A stretch of DNA of 50,436 nucleotides from an uncultured Solobacterium sp. (GTDB taxonomy: Bacteria > Bacillota_I > Bacilli_A > Erysipelotrichales > Erysipelotrichaceae). The stretch covers positions 1 to 50,436 of the forward strand of contig CALISH010000055.1 in the NCBI GenBank assembly GCA_938041275.1, given 5' to 3'. Shown one piece after another: positions 1 to 9,309 of this stretch (position 1 is its first letter; every line of letters starts with the position of its first letter). A program made the position numbers and the translations under genes. The notes under the pieces are model-generated. The model ran no database searches. It was not told the DNA's origin and saw only the letters and a list, made by a program, of their open reading frames with translations.

Positions 1-1
1 A

Positions 2-652
2 TCTGTTCCGGTGACCAAGAAGTGGATAGGTAAAGAAGCAGATTCCGTAACGGTACATCTATATGCAGATGGAACAGATACAGGCAAATCAGCTACATTG
101 AATGCTGCAAATCAATGGCAATATACGTTTGCGAATTTGGAACAGTATAAAGATGGGAAGGCCATCAACTATACAATCAAGGAAGATAGTATTACTGGTT
201 ATGAAACGAAAGTAACAGGCGATATGAAAGGCTATATCGTAACAAATACAAACACGGAGAAGTTGACGATTCCGGTCGAAAAGAAGTGGATTGGAAAAGA
301 AGCAGCTCAAGTAGATGTGAAACTGCTGGTAGATGGTGAAGAGAAAGAGACACTCACCTTGAATGCCGCAAACCAGTGGAAGGGTGAATTTAAAAATCTA
401 TATAAGTATGACCAAACAGATGGACATGAAATCCAGTACACGGTGAAGGAAGTTAGCGTAGAGGGATATACAAGTGCTATCTCTGGTACAGCACAAACAG
501 GTTTCACAATTACGAATACGAAAAATCCTGTACCACCAACGACACCTAAGACAGGCGATAATTCAAATCTATCTCTCTATATTGGTGTAGCTGTTGTAGC
601 TTTGGCGATTTTCGGATTTGTCATTGTAAAGAGATTTAAATCGAGTAAGTAA
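2..652 (+). CDS. Cna B-type repeat cell-surface protein, sortase-anchored (5'-partial)
   Basis: Frame is open from the window start. Two Cna_B repeats (KKWIGKEA...TLNAANQW...F.NL..Y...I.YT.KE....GY...I.G....G..ITN), then TPKTG sorting motif, hydrophobic TM segment and basic tail KRFKSSK. Confidence 0.9.
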   Translation, partial: SVPVTKKWIGKEADSVTVHLYADGTDTGKSATLNAANQWQYTFANLEQYKDGKAINYTIKEDSITGYETKVTGDMKGYIVTNTNTEKLTIPVEKKWIGKEAAQVDVKLLVDGEEKETLTLNAANQWKGEFKNLYKYDQTDGHEIQYTVKEVSVEGYTSAISGTAQTGFTITNTKNPVPPTTPKTGDNSNLSLYIGVAVVALAIFGFVIVKRFKSSK

Positions 653-665
653 TAAATAAATTCAT

Positions 666-696
666 AGAGGTCGATAGTTTAGTCTATCGGCTTTTT
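666..696 (+). terminator. Rho-independent terminator after the adhesin
   Basis: GTCGATAG/CTATCGGC stem followed by a T-tract. Confidence 0.7.
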
Positions 697-736
697 CTAC
701 TTATATTATGGCTGGATCAAGTGAAAGCAAGTAAAG

Positions 737-754
737 TTTCCTAGCATGCGGCAG
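737..754 (+). promoter_or_regulatory. Putative PRD-activator (LicR/CelR-type) binding site upstream of PTS operon 1
   Basis: TTTCC-N8-GGCAG, same spacing as the palindrome at 7382-7401. Confidence 0.4.
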
Positions 755-823
755 ATAAATTAAGGAATATGAGTTGGATTTGCGATTAACATAATGATAG
801 AACGATAGAAAGGAGGGGGAGTT

Positions 824-1162
824 ATGCATAAAATCTATCTATTCTGTAATGCGGGGATGTCTACTTCTATGATGGCAAGCAAGATGCAGAAGGTTGCAGA
901 TCAACATTCTCTAGATATTGAAGTAAAAGCATTCTCTGATAATTTATTAGATAAAATCATTACGGAACAAAATCCAGATGCCATTCTTTTAGGTCCGCAG
1001 GTTAAGTATTTATATGACAAGGTAGTAGACCGTTATGGACATCTAGGAAAACCAATTTTCGTTATCGATACAGAAGAGTACGGTAACATGGACGGTGAGA
1101 GAGTTCTCAAACGTGCAATTTTAGAAATTAAAAAGAAGAAAGCAGAAAGCGAAGGTAAATAA
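824..1162 (+). CDS. PTS lactose/cellobiose-family EIIB
   Basis: CNAGMSTS phosphorylation loop, LLGPQV motif, RBS GAAAGGAGG. Confidence 0.95.
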   Translation: MHKIYLFCNAGMSTSMMASKMQKVADQHSLDIEVKAFSDNLLDKIITEQNPDAILLGPQVKYLYDKVVDRYGHLGKPIFVIDTEEYGNMDGERVLKRAILEIKKKKAESEGK

Positions 1163-1167
1163 TTATT

Positions 1168-2517
1168 ATGATTAAGGCTTTAGAAAAGTTCCTTATCCCA
1201 ATCGCTGATGCCTTATCTAAGAATAAGGTATTAGTGGCTATCCGCGATGGCTTTATGTATGCAGTACCAGTAGTTATCGTTGGATCCATTTTCCTATTAA
1301 TCTCCAACTTCCCAATTGAGGGTTGGTCAGAGATGATTGCTACATTTGCTGGTGAAGGATGGGAAAAATATTTTGATGCAGTAACTGCAGTTACATTTGA
1401 TTGCTATGCATTATTATCTGTTATGGGCATTGCATATGCATATGCACGAGAAAAGGGTGTTGATAAGATTGAATCTGCGGTTGTTGCACTTGTTACATTC
1501 TTGATGATTACACCAATGAAACATGCTGCGTTCTTAAATGCAGATGGCAAAATGTTCTCTGGTTTTTCGTTTGGTCATTTAGGTACAAAGGGTATCTTCT
1601 TGGCGATGATTGTAGCAATTATTTCTACAGAAATTTTTGCATTTGCAATTAAGAAAAAACTTGTTATTAAGTTACCTGATGGTGTCCCACCAGCAGTTAT
1701 GGATTCATTTGCTGCGTTAATTCCTGCAGGATTATCGATGCTTGTATTCTTCTTTATTAACATGATTTTCGTTAATACTCCATTTGGAAATGTACATTCA
1801 TTTATTTATCAAGTACTACAAGCTCCGTTAGTTGGCTTAGGTAAGTCTCAAGCATTTGAAGTTATCTATCAGTTCTTAAGTACATTATTCTGGTTCTTTG
1901 GTATCAATGGACCTGCTGTTACAAATACAATCTTCTCTCCAATTCATAAGGCATTAACATTAGAGAACTATGAATTGGCGAAGGCTGGTTTACCAATGAC
2001 AAATGTATTTACATCAGCATTCTCAGATTTCTTCTGCAACTTCGGTGGTGGAGGATCTACATTGGGTCTTGTATTGATGATGACATTTATGGCAAAGTCC
2101 AAGCGTCTAAAGACGTTAGGAAGAATGGCACTTCCTGCTGGTATTTTCGGTATCAATGAACCAATTATCTTTGGTTTCCCAATGGTATTGAATGTTATCA
2201 TGGTAATTCCATTTATCTTAGCGCCAGTTATGAATACAATTATTGGACAGCTTGCGACTGCAATTGGATTCATTCCAGTTACATCTGGTGTTCAGCTATC
2301 ATGGACAACGCCAATCTTTATTTCAGGTTATCTGACGACTGGTTCGTTTAATGCTGTAATCTTACAGTTGTTAATGCTACTTGCAGACATGGCTCTCTAC
2401 TATCCATTCTTCAAGATGCAAGATAGTAAGTATCTAGAGGAAGAAGAGAAGTTAGCAAAGGAAGAGAAGAAGGATGAACTTGATGAATTGTCCTTCGATG
2501 ATTTGAAGTTAGACTAA
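1168..2517 (+). CDS. PTS lactose/cellobiose-family EIIC
   Basis: AIRDG, IKLPDGVPPAV, LFWFFGING, GGGGSTLGL, FGINEPIIFG motifs; multiple TM helices. Confidence 0.95.
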   Translation: MIKALEKFLIPIADALSKNKVLVAIRDGFMYAVPVVIVGSIFLLISNFPIEGWSEMIATFAGEGWEKYFDAVTAVTFDCYALLSVMGIAYAYAREKGVDKIESAVVALVTFLMITPMKHAAFLNADGKMFSGFSFGHLGTKGIFLAMIVAIISTEIFAFAIKKKLVIKLPDGVPPAVMDSFAALIPAGLSMLVFFFINMIFVNTPFGNVHSFIYQVLQAPLVGLGKSQAFEVIYQFLSTLFWFFGINGPAVTNTIFSPIHKALTLENYELAKAGLPMTNVFTSAFSDFFCNFGGGGSTLGLVLMMTFMAKSKRLKTLGRMALPAGIFGINEPIIFGFPMVLNVIMVIPFILAPVMNTIIGQLATAIGFIPVTSGVQLSWTTPIFISGYLTTGSFNAVILQLLMLLADMALYYPFFKMQDSKYLEEEEKLAKEEKKDELDELSFDDLKLD

Positions 2518-2518
2518 T

Positions 2519-3043
2519 ATGAAAGTAATATTGATTTTTGATTCCGGCTTAGCTGGAGCAGGTGGTAAGAGCAACCCTGATTGCACACTAAATGCAACGC
2601 GCGAGATTGCCGGGACTGCAATGCTTTTAGAACCATATTTGAAAGAGATAGGCGGTCAGATTAGTGCAACACTTTACTGTGGAATGGATTACTACAAGCA
2701 GAATAAAGATGAAGTCGTTATGAAGATGACTGCGATGGTGAAGAAATTGGAACCAGATTTTGTCTTGTGTGGGCCATGCTTTAACTTCCCTGAATACAGT
2801 GAGATGGCTGCTCGTTGTGCAAAATTAATTGCAGAAAAAACAACGGTAAAAGTCGCAAGTATGATGGCAATTGAAAATCAAGAAGTGATTGCACAATATA
2901 AGAATGATATTACGATCCTAAAGATGCCTAAGAAAGGTGGAACAGGATTGAGTGAGTCATTTGAAAATATGGCAAAGTTCATTGATGCATCCGTAAATCA
3001 TCCGGAAAATCTTGAAGCTTTAAAAGAAACAATTTGTTATTAG
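2519..3043 (+). CDS. GrdB-related protein (stand-alone N-terminal domain of glycine/betaine reductase B, no Sec)
   Basis: AGAGGK, TLYCGMDYY and PDFVLCGPCFN resemble GrdB N-terminal motifs (AGIGGEE, TVICGD.YF, PD.FIAGPAFN). Ends at TAG after 174 aa. Confidence 0.7.
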   Translation: MKVILIFDSGLAGAGGKSNPDCTLNATREIAGTAMLLEPYLKEIGGQISATLYCGMDYYKQNKDEVVMKMTAMVKKLEPDFVLCGPCFNFPEYSEMAARCAKLIAEKTTVKVASMMAIENQEVIAQYKNDITILKMPKKGGTGLSESFENMAKFIDASVNHPENLEALKETICY

Positions 3044-3052
3044 AATAAGTCA

Positions 3053-3081
3053 AGCCCGGACAAAAGCTAACTGTTCGGGCT
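3053..3081 (+). terminator. Intra-operon hairpin (partial terminator or mRNA stabiliser)
   Basis: AGCCCGGACA/TGTTCGGGCT inverted repeat with a weak T-tract. Confidence 0.5.
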
Positions 3082-3148
3082 GATTTTAAAAATTAGAGAA
3101 AAATATAAACATACATGTTTATTGAATTAAAAAGAAAAGAGATTAATT

Positions 3149-4282
3149 GTGAATAAGGAAGAGATATTTGCGCAGGTTGAAAGACGGAAACAAGATATGA
3201 TTGATGACATTTGTACAATGGTACAAATTGATTCAAGACGTGGTGAGCCACAAGAGAAAAAGCCTTTCGGAATTGGGCCTGCAAATGCTTTGGAAAAAGC
3301 ACTTGAAATTTGTAGACGAGAGGGACTGCCAACGAAAAATGTAGATGGTTATATGGGCTATGGCAGTTTCGGTGATAGTGAGGAATATATTGGTATTATT
3401 GGGCATGTAGATGTTGTTGAAGTTGGCGATGGTTGGATTGATCCACCTTTTTCCGCTGCAATCCATGATGGAAGAATTTGGGGACGTGGAGCGTTAGATG
3501 ATAAGGGCCCACTCTTTGCGGCAATGTATGGCATGCTTGCATTAAAAGATTTAGGTGTACAGCCAAAGACAGCGATACATATTATCTTTGGTACAAATGA
3601 AGAAACTGGCATGGAAGATATGCATTACTTCTTGAAACATGAGGAAAAACCACTTGTAGGTTTTACACCGGATAATAAATTTCCTGCCATTTATGGTGAA
3701 CGTGGTAGAGCGGTCATTGAAGTCTGGGGTGATGAACAGAAGGTAATTGAATTTGCGAATGAGTATTTCATGAATGCGAATGTCAATGGTGATAGATTGG
3801 GCATTGCCGTAAAGGACGAACATTTTGGTGAGATGAAGATTCGCAATAAACTTTTATTGTATGCAAATAATCAGATGGGAATTCGTTTCTCACTGAGTTA
3901 TCCAACTTGTGATATGGATAAGATCATGCAACAAATTCAAACAAAAGCAGTAGGTTTAGAGGTGAAATTAGTATCGAATTCCCCAGTAGTGCTGCACCAT
4001 AAGGATTCGTGGCTTGTAAAGACGATGCAGAAGGCATATGAAGAAGCGACGGATACTAGCGTTAAACCGACGACAACAACAGGTGGAACGTACGCTCATG
4101 TTTGTGATTCCATTATTCCGTATGGACCAAGTTTCCCAGGACAAAATGGAATTGCCCATCAGCCAAATGAATGGGTCAATATTGATGATTTGGTTGCGTG
4201 TGCAAAAATTTATGCATGGACACTATATAAACTATGTACAGAACAAATACCTGAAAATCCATTAGAGGAGGAATTGTTATGA
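3149..4282 (+). CDS. M20/Sapep (PepV-like) metallodipeptidase
   Basis: GHVDVV, GRGALDDKGP, GTNEETG, GGTYA, AHQPNE motifs; GTG start. Confidence 0.9.
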   Translation: MNKEEIFAQVERRKQDMIDDICTMVQIDSRRGEPQEKKPFGIGPANALEKALEICRREGLPTKNVDGYMGYGSFGDSEEYIGIIGHVDVVEVGDGWIDPPFSAAIHDGRIWGRGALDDKGPLFAAMYGMLALKDLGVQPKTAIHIIFGTNEETGMEDMHYFLKHEEKPLVGFTPDNKFPAIYGERGRAVIEVWGDEQKVIEFANEYFMNANVNGDRLGIAVKDEHFGEMKIRNKLLLYANNQMGIRFSLSYPTCDMDKIMQQIQTKAVGLEVKLVSNSPVVLHHKDSWLVKTMQKAYEEATDTSVKPTTTTGGTYAHVCDSIIPYGPSFPGQNGIAHQPNEWVNIDDLVACAKIYAWTLYKLCTEQIPENPLEEELL

Positions 4283-5367
4283 GAAGACTAGGAGTTTCTA
4301 TTTATCCAGAAAAAAGTAGTATTGAAGAAATCTTTGTATATCTAAAAGAAATGCATGATATCGGTGCAAAGAGAATATTTTCTTGCTTATTATCAGTGAG
4401 AAAGCCAGCAAATGAAATTAAGGAAGAGTTTACAAAGATTCATGATTACGCAAAGAGTCTGGGTTATGAAATCATATTAGATGTAAATCCATCTGTATTT
4501 AAAGAATTGGGTGTAAGTTATACTGATTTAAAATTCTTCCATGATATTCATGCGGATGGTATCCGCATGGATGGTGGTTTCAGTGGTTTTGAAGAAGCAC
4601 TTATGACATACAATCCATATGGATTAAAAGTGGAAATCAATATGAGCTCAAGTACACATACAATTGATACAATCATGGACTATCAACCAAATCGTTATCA
4701 GTTGTGTGCATGTCATAATTTTTATCCACATGACTATACAGGGTTGGATTTAGATTTCTTCTTGAAGTGTTCTGAAAAGTTTAGACACTATGGATTGAGA
4801 ACAGCTGCGTTTATCGGCTCCTTGGAAAAAGATGCGTATGGACCATGGCCTACAACAGATGGCTTATGTACATTGGAAATGCATCGTCATATGCCGATTG
4901 CTATTCAATTAAAACATTTAGTCGCATTAGATATGATTGACGATATTATTATCGCAAACTGTTATCCAAGTGCAGCGGAGAAGGAAGCGTTAAAGCATGT
5001 TTCTTTAGATGTTGTAAATTTCAAAGTTGAACTTGAACCAAATATTCCTGAAACAGAAAAGAAGATCGTATTAGAAGAACTACATTTAAATCGTGGTGAT
5101 TTAAATCCATGCATGATTCGTTCGAGTCAAAGTAGAGTGAAATATAGAGGTAATCACTTTGATGTATTCCATGCGCCAGATATGATTCATCGTGGTGATG
5201 TATTGATTGATAGTAGTGAGTATGGAACATATGCTGGTGAACTGCAGGTTGCGTTACAGGATATGAAGAATAGTGGAAGAACCAATGTAGTTGGACATAT
5301 CCGTGAAGAAGAACTCTTTATTCTTGATAGTCTAAAACCTTGGCAAAAGTTTAGATTTACGTTGTAG
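4279..5367 (+). CDS. DUF871 / MupG-family TIM-barrel protein (putative 6-phospho-glycosidase)
   Basis: LGVSIYP, DGIRMDGGF, CHNFYP..YTGL, GL.TLEMHR, Y.GELQV motifs; ATGA overlap with the peptidase. Confidence 0.9.
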   Translation: MRRLGVSIYPEKSSIEEIFVYLKEMHDIGAKRIFSCLLSVRKPANEIKEEFTKIHDYAKSLGYEIILDVNPSVFKELGVSYTDLKFFHDIHADGIRMDGGFSGFEEALMTYNPYGLKVEINMSSSTHTIDTIMDYQPNRYQLCACHNFYPHDYTGLDLDFFLKCSEKFRHYGLRTAAFIGSLEKDAYGPWPTTDGLCTLEMHRHMPIAIQLKHLVALDMIDDIIIANCYPSAAEKEALKHVSLDVVNFKVELEPNIPETEKKIVLEELHLNRGDLNPCMIRSSQSRVKYRGNHFDVFHAPDMIHRGDVLIDSSEYGTYAGELQVALQDMKNSGRTNVVGHIREEELFILDSLKPWQKFRFTL

Positions 5368-5394
5368 TATTTTAGAATTTCGTTTGAGATATGA

Positions 5395-5439
5395 AAAAGA
5401 AGATGTACCAGGAGAATTATCCTTGTGGCATCTTCTTTT
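5395..5439. terminator. Bidirectional terminator between convergent DUF871 and regulator genes
   Basis: AAAAGAAGATG...CATCTTCTTTT inverted repeat. Confidence 0.75.
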
Positions 5440-5443
5440 GATT

Positions 5444-7351
5444 TTATGAAATGAGATAACTCATGAATTCCTCATATGTGTTGCTCGAAATTAAGTGAGA
5501 TAGCTTTTCGTAATCTTCTGTAAGAGAGGCAACCCAATCGAAGAATGGTTTGAGAGTTGTGGTATCGGGTTTATCAATTGCTAGTAGGAAAATAAGCTGT
5601 ACCTCATACTTGCCCCATTGCACTGGTTTATCTAATAACATAATTGAAATTGCGGATTTTAGACAAGAGGAGTCAATTGGGTGTGGTGTAGCAAAGTTGA
5701 AATTAAATGATGTTGGTGATAGTGCTTCACGTCGCATGACAGATGGATAGAATGCATCTGTCACAATAGAAGCCTTTTGGAGCTCTTTCGACATGAACGC
5801 TAGAATCTCTTGTGGTGTATTGAAGAGTTGGTGATTATAGAAGAACTGTTTTGAAATCAATCCTTTTAGATTTGTATAGAACTCTTTTTGCGTACGAGTT
5901 CTTTCAATTTCATGAATCATTTCAAAAAGTTTAGCTTCATCATTTTTACCGCATAGTAATGATACTTCAACAGTTGGAATCTTCAGATTGTGACGTAGTG
6001 GAATTGAGCATATCAATAAGTCTGGCTCATCCGCAAGGATGAGTTCTTCCTGGAAGTATGCATACACTTTGGCGATCTCGATGTGTTCATAGAATATCGT
6101 TTCAATCTTTTTGCGTTGGGTGTAAAATGCCTTTTCACCCAACGGATAAATCCATACTGCTCTTAGTTTTTTGGAATGATAGATACGCTCGTAGGCTAGA
6201 CCTAGATGTAATGTGATAAAACCAATTTCATCTTCATTGATACTGATATGCAGTCTATTTGCAAGGAAGGTCGCAGTACTTACGCCCACTTCAAAAATTA
6301 ATGGGAACTTACGTTTAATTTCTTGCAGGTATAAGTTGGTCGTGTGGGTTTGACTGATACTACGTTCAATCAACGATTGGAGATGGAGCGTTAGGCCAAG
6401 TTTAAAGTCATCATCTTTAGAGAAGTCGATACCATGATGACCGTATATAAACGCAATTAACTCATTGACGATATCACTGCAGAGTAATCCATCTGGCATA
6501 TAGTTGGAGATTTCTGTATCACTGATTTGTGTTGGATTGTTTCCCATCAGTAATAGCGCAAGGATATTAACTTCACTTTCAATAACCTGTGCTTGGTATA
6601 AGATTGCGATTCGTTCGTAGAATTCTTTGGCAATCTTATATTCGATCGCATCGTGAATCTTGGAACTTGTGTATGTTGACTCAATATATTTTCCGCTGAG
6701 AATACGATCAATGGAAATACTGATGTGCAATAGGATGGAAGGTAATGCATTTGCGTTAATTACATATTTGTGTTCTTGCAATAATTTTTCCAACTCGCTT
6801 TTACATCTAAGTAAATCAAAGTTTTGATATAGATTAGCTAGCTCGTTGATATTTAAGAAATTTTGCTTGGTCTCGTCCATGAGAAGATGTTTGTATAATT
6901 TTCGTAGTTCATTTTCAGAACCTAATAGGACGAGATGGTTTGATGATTTCTTGAGCTTGAGATTTTGATAATTTGCTAGTTGTTTACGAATCTCTTTCAG
7001 ATGTGCATCGAGAGTGTATTCAGAGATGCATAACTGTTCTAATAAATCAGGAATATAGATAGAATCACGCGATAAGAGAAGTGACTTTAAAATATATAGA
7101 TTTCTCTCAAGTGAACTTTGCAATAAGTTCTGTCGTTTCGATTGAAATTGTTTATAGTTTTCAGGGATGAGAGCATATCCACTTCGAAGATTTGAGGTAA
7201 TTAGCTTCTCAGAATAAACTTTATTGATTGTATCAACATCAGAACGAATCGTACGATTAGATACAGATAATAATTTGGCGAGTTCGTTAGCAGTGAACCA
7301 TTTGTTTTCTTCACGTAGAATGTGAAGAATCTTTTCTTGTCGTTTATTCAT
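5444..7351 (-). CDS. PRD-domain transcriptional activator (LicR/MtlR type: HTH-PRD-PRD-EIIB-EIIA)
   Basis: HTH LAKLLSVSNRTIRSD, PRD histidines (LLHISISIDRI, TLHLQSLIER, ITLHLG), EIIA ATPHP. Start placed at MNKRQEK with RBS AAAGGTGA. Confidence 0.9.
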   Translation of the reverse strand: MNKRQEKILHILREENKWFTANELAKLLSVSNRTIRSDVDTINKVYSEKLITSNLRSGYALIPENYKQFQSKRQNLLQSSLERNLYILKSLLLSRDSIYIPDLLEQLCISEYTLDAHLKEIRKQLANYQNLKLKKSSNHLVLLGSENELRKLYKHLLMDETKQNFLNINELANLYQNFDLLRCKSELEKLLQEHKYVINANALPSILLHISISIDRILSGKYIESTYTSSKIHDAIEYKIAKEFYERIAILYQAQVIESEVNILALLLMGNNPTQISDTEISNYMPDGLLCSDIVNELIAFIYGHHGIDFSKDDDFKLGLTLHLQSLIERSISQTHTTNLYLQEIKRKFPLIFEVGVSTATFLANRLHISINEDEIGFITLHLGLAYERIYHSKKLRAVWIYPLGEKAFYTQRKKIETIFYEHIEIAKVYAYFQEELILADEPDLLICSIPLRHNLKIPTVEVSLLCGKNDEAKLFEMIHEIERTRTQKEFYTNLKGLISKQFFYNHQLFNTPQEILAFMSKELQKASIVTDAFYPSVMRREALSPTSFNFNFATPHPIDSSCLKSAISIMLLDKPVQWGKYEVQLIFLLAIDKPDTTTLKPFFDWVASLTEDYEKLSHLISSNTYEEFMSYLIS

Positions 7352-7381
7352 AATAATCACCTTTCGTAGCATGGAATAATA

Positions 7382-7401
7382 TTTTCCTAATAGTAGGAAA
7401 A
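7382..7401. promoter_or_regulatory. Palindromic operator in the divergent regulator/yitT intergenic region
   Basis: TTTTCCTA-ATAG-TAGGAAAA perfect 8-bp arms; resembles the TTTCC..GGAAA sites of LicR/CelR activators. Confidence 0.6.
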
Positions 7402-7461
7402 CAAAACATAGGAATCTATATGATAATTTATTAAAATAGTAATATAAAAAAGAGGGGTAGA

Positions 7462-8343
7462 ATGAAAGAGAAACTCATCGATTTTAAGCAGAAACAATCG
7501 ATCCGTTTAGTGTTCAGTATTCTCTGTGTCATCTTTTCGGCTTTGTTGCAAACTTATGCCTTAAAAGTTTTTTTAAGACCTGCCGGATTGTTGTCGAGTG
7601 GATTTACGGGTCTTGCAATATTAATAAATGTTATAGGCAGTCAACATCAAATACAAATACCAGTTGCGCTAATGATTGTATTACTGAATGTACCAGTAGC
7701 GATACTGTGTGGTAAGTCTATTTCAACAAAGTTTACTATACTATCATCATTGCAATTTGCATGTGTGTCAATATTCTTAACTGTATTTCAATTTGATATT
7801 TTGTTTGATGATATCATGTTAAACATCGTTATTGGTGGCGCGGTATATGGCTTAGGAATTGTGGCTGCGTTAGTGGGTAATGCAAGTACGGGTGGTACAG
7901 ATTTTATTGCATTATATGTTTCAAATAAGACTGGAAAGAGTATTTGGACATATGTCTTTGTATATAACTGTATCTTGTTATGTATCTTTGGTTTTGTGTC
8001 TGGTTGGGAGCGTGCAGGGTATTCTATTATCATGCAGTTTGTATCGACCAAAGTCATTGAAAGTCTGTATCGAAGATATGACCGCAGTACGATACAGATA
8101 ACAAGTAAGATGCCTGAAGAAATTGTAGCTGCATATACAAAGAAGTATCGTCATGGTATTTCGGTTTGGGAAAGCTATGGAGGATATTCTCATCAAAAGA
8201 ATTACATGTTGAATACTGTTGTTTCGACATTAGAGGTGAAGGAGATTGCACATCTGATATTAAGTATTGATCCTCGTGCAATCATAAATGTATATAGAAC
8301 GGATGATTTCTATGGTGGTTTCTATCGGAAACCGATAGACTAG
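7462..8343 (+). CDS. YitT-family membrane protein (DUF161/DUF2179)
   Basis: GLLSSGFTGLA, LLNVP, ASTGGTDFIALY, IDPRAIIN motifs. Confidence 0.9.
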   Translation: MKEKLIDFKQKQSIRLVFSILCVIFSALLQTYALKVFLRPAGLLSSGFTGLAILINVIGSQHQIQIPVALMIVLLNVPVAILCGKSISTKFTILSSLQFACVSIFLTVFQFDILFDDIMLNIVIGGAVYGLGIVAALVGNASTGGTDFIALYVSNKTGKSIWTYVFVYNCILLCIFGFVSGWERAGYSIIMQFVSTKVIESLYRRYDRSTIQITSKMPEEIVAAYTKKYRHGISVWESYGGYSHQKNYMLNTVVSTLEVKEIAHLILSIDPRAIINVYRTDDFYGGFYRKPID

Positions 8344-8355
8344 GAGGATGTTTGA

Positions 8356-9309
8356 ATGTGGGCGATAATTGCGACTTGGCGAATGGCACTGGAAGGTGTA
8401 CAGGAAGCAGGTAACTTATTAAAAGAAGGTAAGAGCAGTGGGGAAGCAGTTGAACATGCAATACGCTGTGTAGAGGATTTTCCATACTATAAATCAGTTG
8501 GATATGGTGGTTTGCCAAATGAAGAGATGATTGTCGAACTTGATGCAGGATATATGGATGGAAATACAATGGCGATGGGTGCTGTAGCTGGTATTAAGGA
8601 TTTTGCAAATCCGATTTCCATTGCCAAAGAGTTATCGAAAGATACTGTCAATTGCGTACTTGTCGCAGAAGGTGCTGAAAAGTATGCAAGCAAAAAAGGC
8701 TTTGAAAGAAAGACAATGTTAACAGATAGAGCCAAGCAACATTATCGTAAACGTGTCAAAGAAGTACGCGAGCAGGAGCTAAAACCATATGATGGTCATG
8801 ATACTGTTGGTGAAGTTGCACTGGATTGTGCAGGAAAGATTGTTGCAGGAACTTCTACGAGTGGTTTATTTATGAAGAAGGCTGGACGTATTGGTGATTC
8901 TCCTATCGTTGGGGGTGGCTTCTACGCTGACTCTGAGGTTGGTGGAGCTACCGCGACTGGTCTTGGCGAAGATTTGATGAAGGGATGTATCTCTTATGAA
9001 ATCGTTCGTAAGATGAAAGAAGGAATGGGACCACAAGAAGCTTGTCAAAGAACGGTAGATGAGTTAGACGCAAAACTGAAAAAGAGCCGTGGTTTTGCGG
9101 GTGACCTTAGTGTTGTGGCAATTGATAAAGATGGTAATTACGGTTGTGCTACGAATATTCAAAACTTCTCATTTGTTATATATCGTGAAAACGAAGAAGC
9201 CAAAGTTTATTTAGCAAATTGTATCGATGGTAAGACAGTGATTACAGTTGCTAGCCAAGAGTGGATGGACCAATACATGCAAGAAAGGATGGCACCGATT
9301 TCAGAATGA
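8356..9309 (+). CDS. N(4)-(beta-N-acetylglucosaminyl)-L-asparaginase (glycosylasparaginase, Ntn hydrolase)
   Basis: IATW start, SVGYGGLPN, ELDAGYMDG, autocleavage site GHD|TVG, GTSTSG, GRIGDSPIVGGGFYAD, ATGLGE. Confidence 0.92.
   Translation: MWAIIATWRMALEGVQEAGNLLKEGKSSGEAVEHAIRCVEDFPYYKSVGYGGLPNEEMIVELDAGYMDGNTMAMGAVAGIKDFANPISIAKELSKDTVNCVLVAEGAEKYASKKGFERKTMLTDRAKQHYRKRVKEVREQELKPYDGHDTVGEVALDCAGKIVAGTSTSGLFMKKAGRIGDSPIVGGGFYADSEVGGATATGLGEDLMKGCISYEIVRKMKEGMGPQEACQRTVDELDAKLKKSRGFAGDLSVVAIDKDGNYGCATNIQNFSFVIYRENEEAKVYLANCIDGKTVITVASQEWMDQYMQERMAPISE

Noticed and set aside
2..520. Nucleotide repeats near the window start as a CRISPR or tandem array
   Set aside because: They are in-frame coding Cna-B domain repeats, not repeat-spacer units.
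2519..3148. Selenocysteine read-through extending the GrdB-like ORF, with the 3053-3081 hairpin as a SECIS
   Set aside because: The stop is TAG, not TGA, an in-frame TAA follows two codons later, and no GrdB C-terminal domain is encoded downstream.
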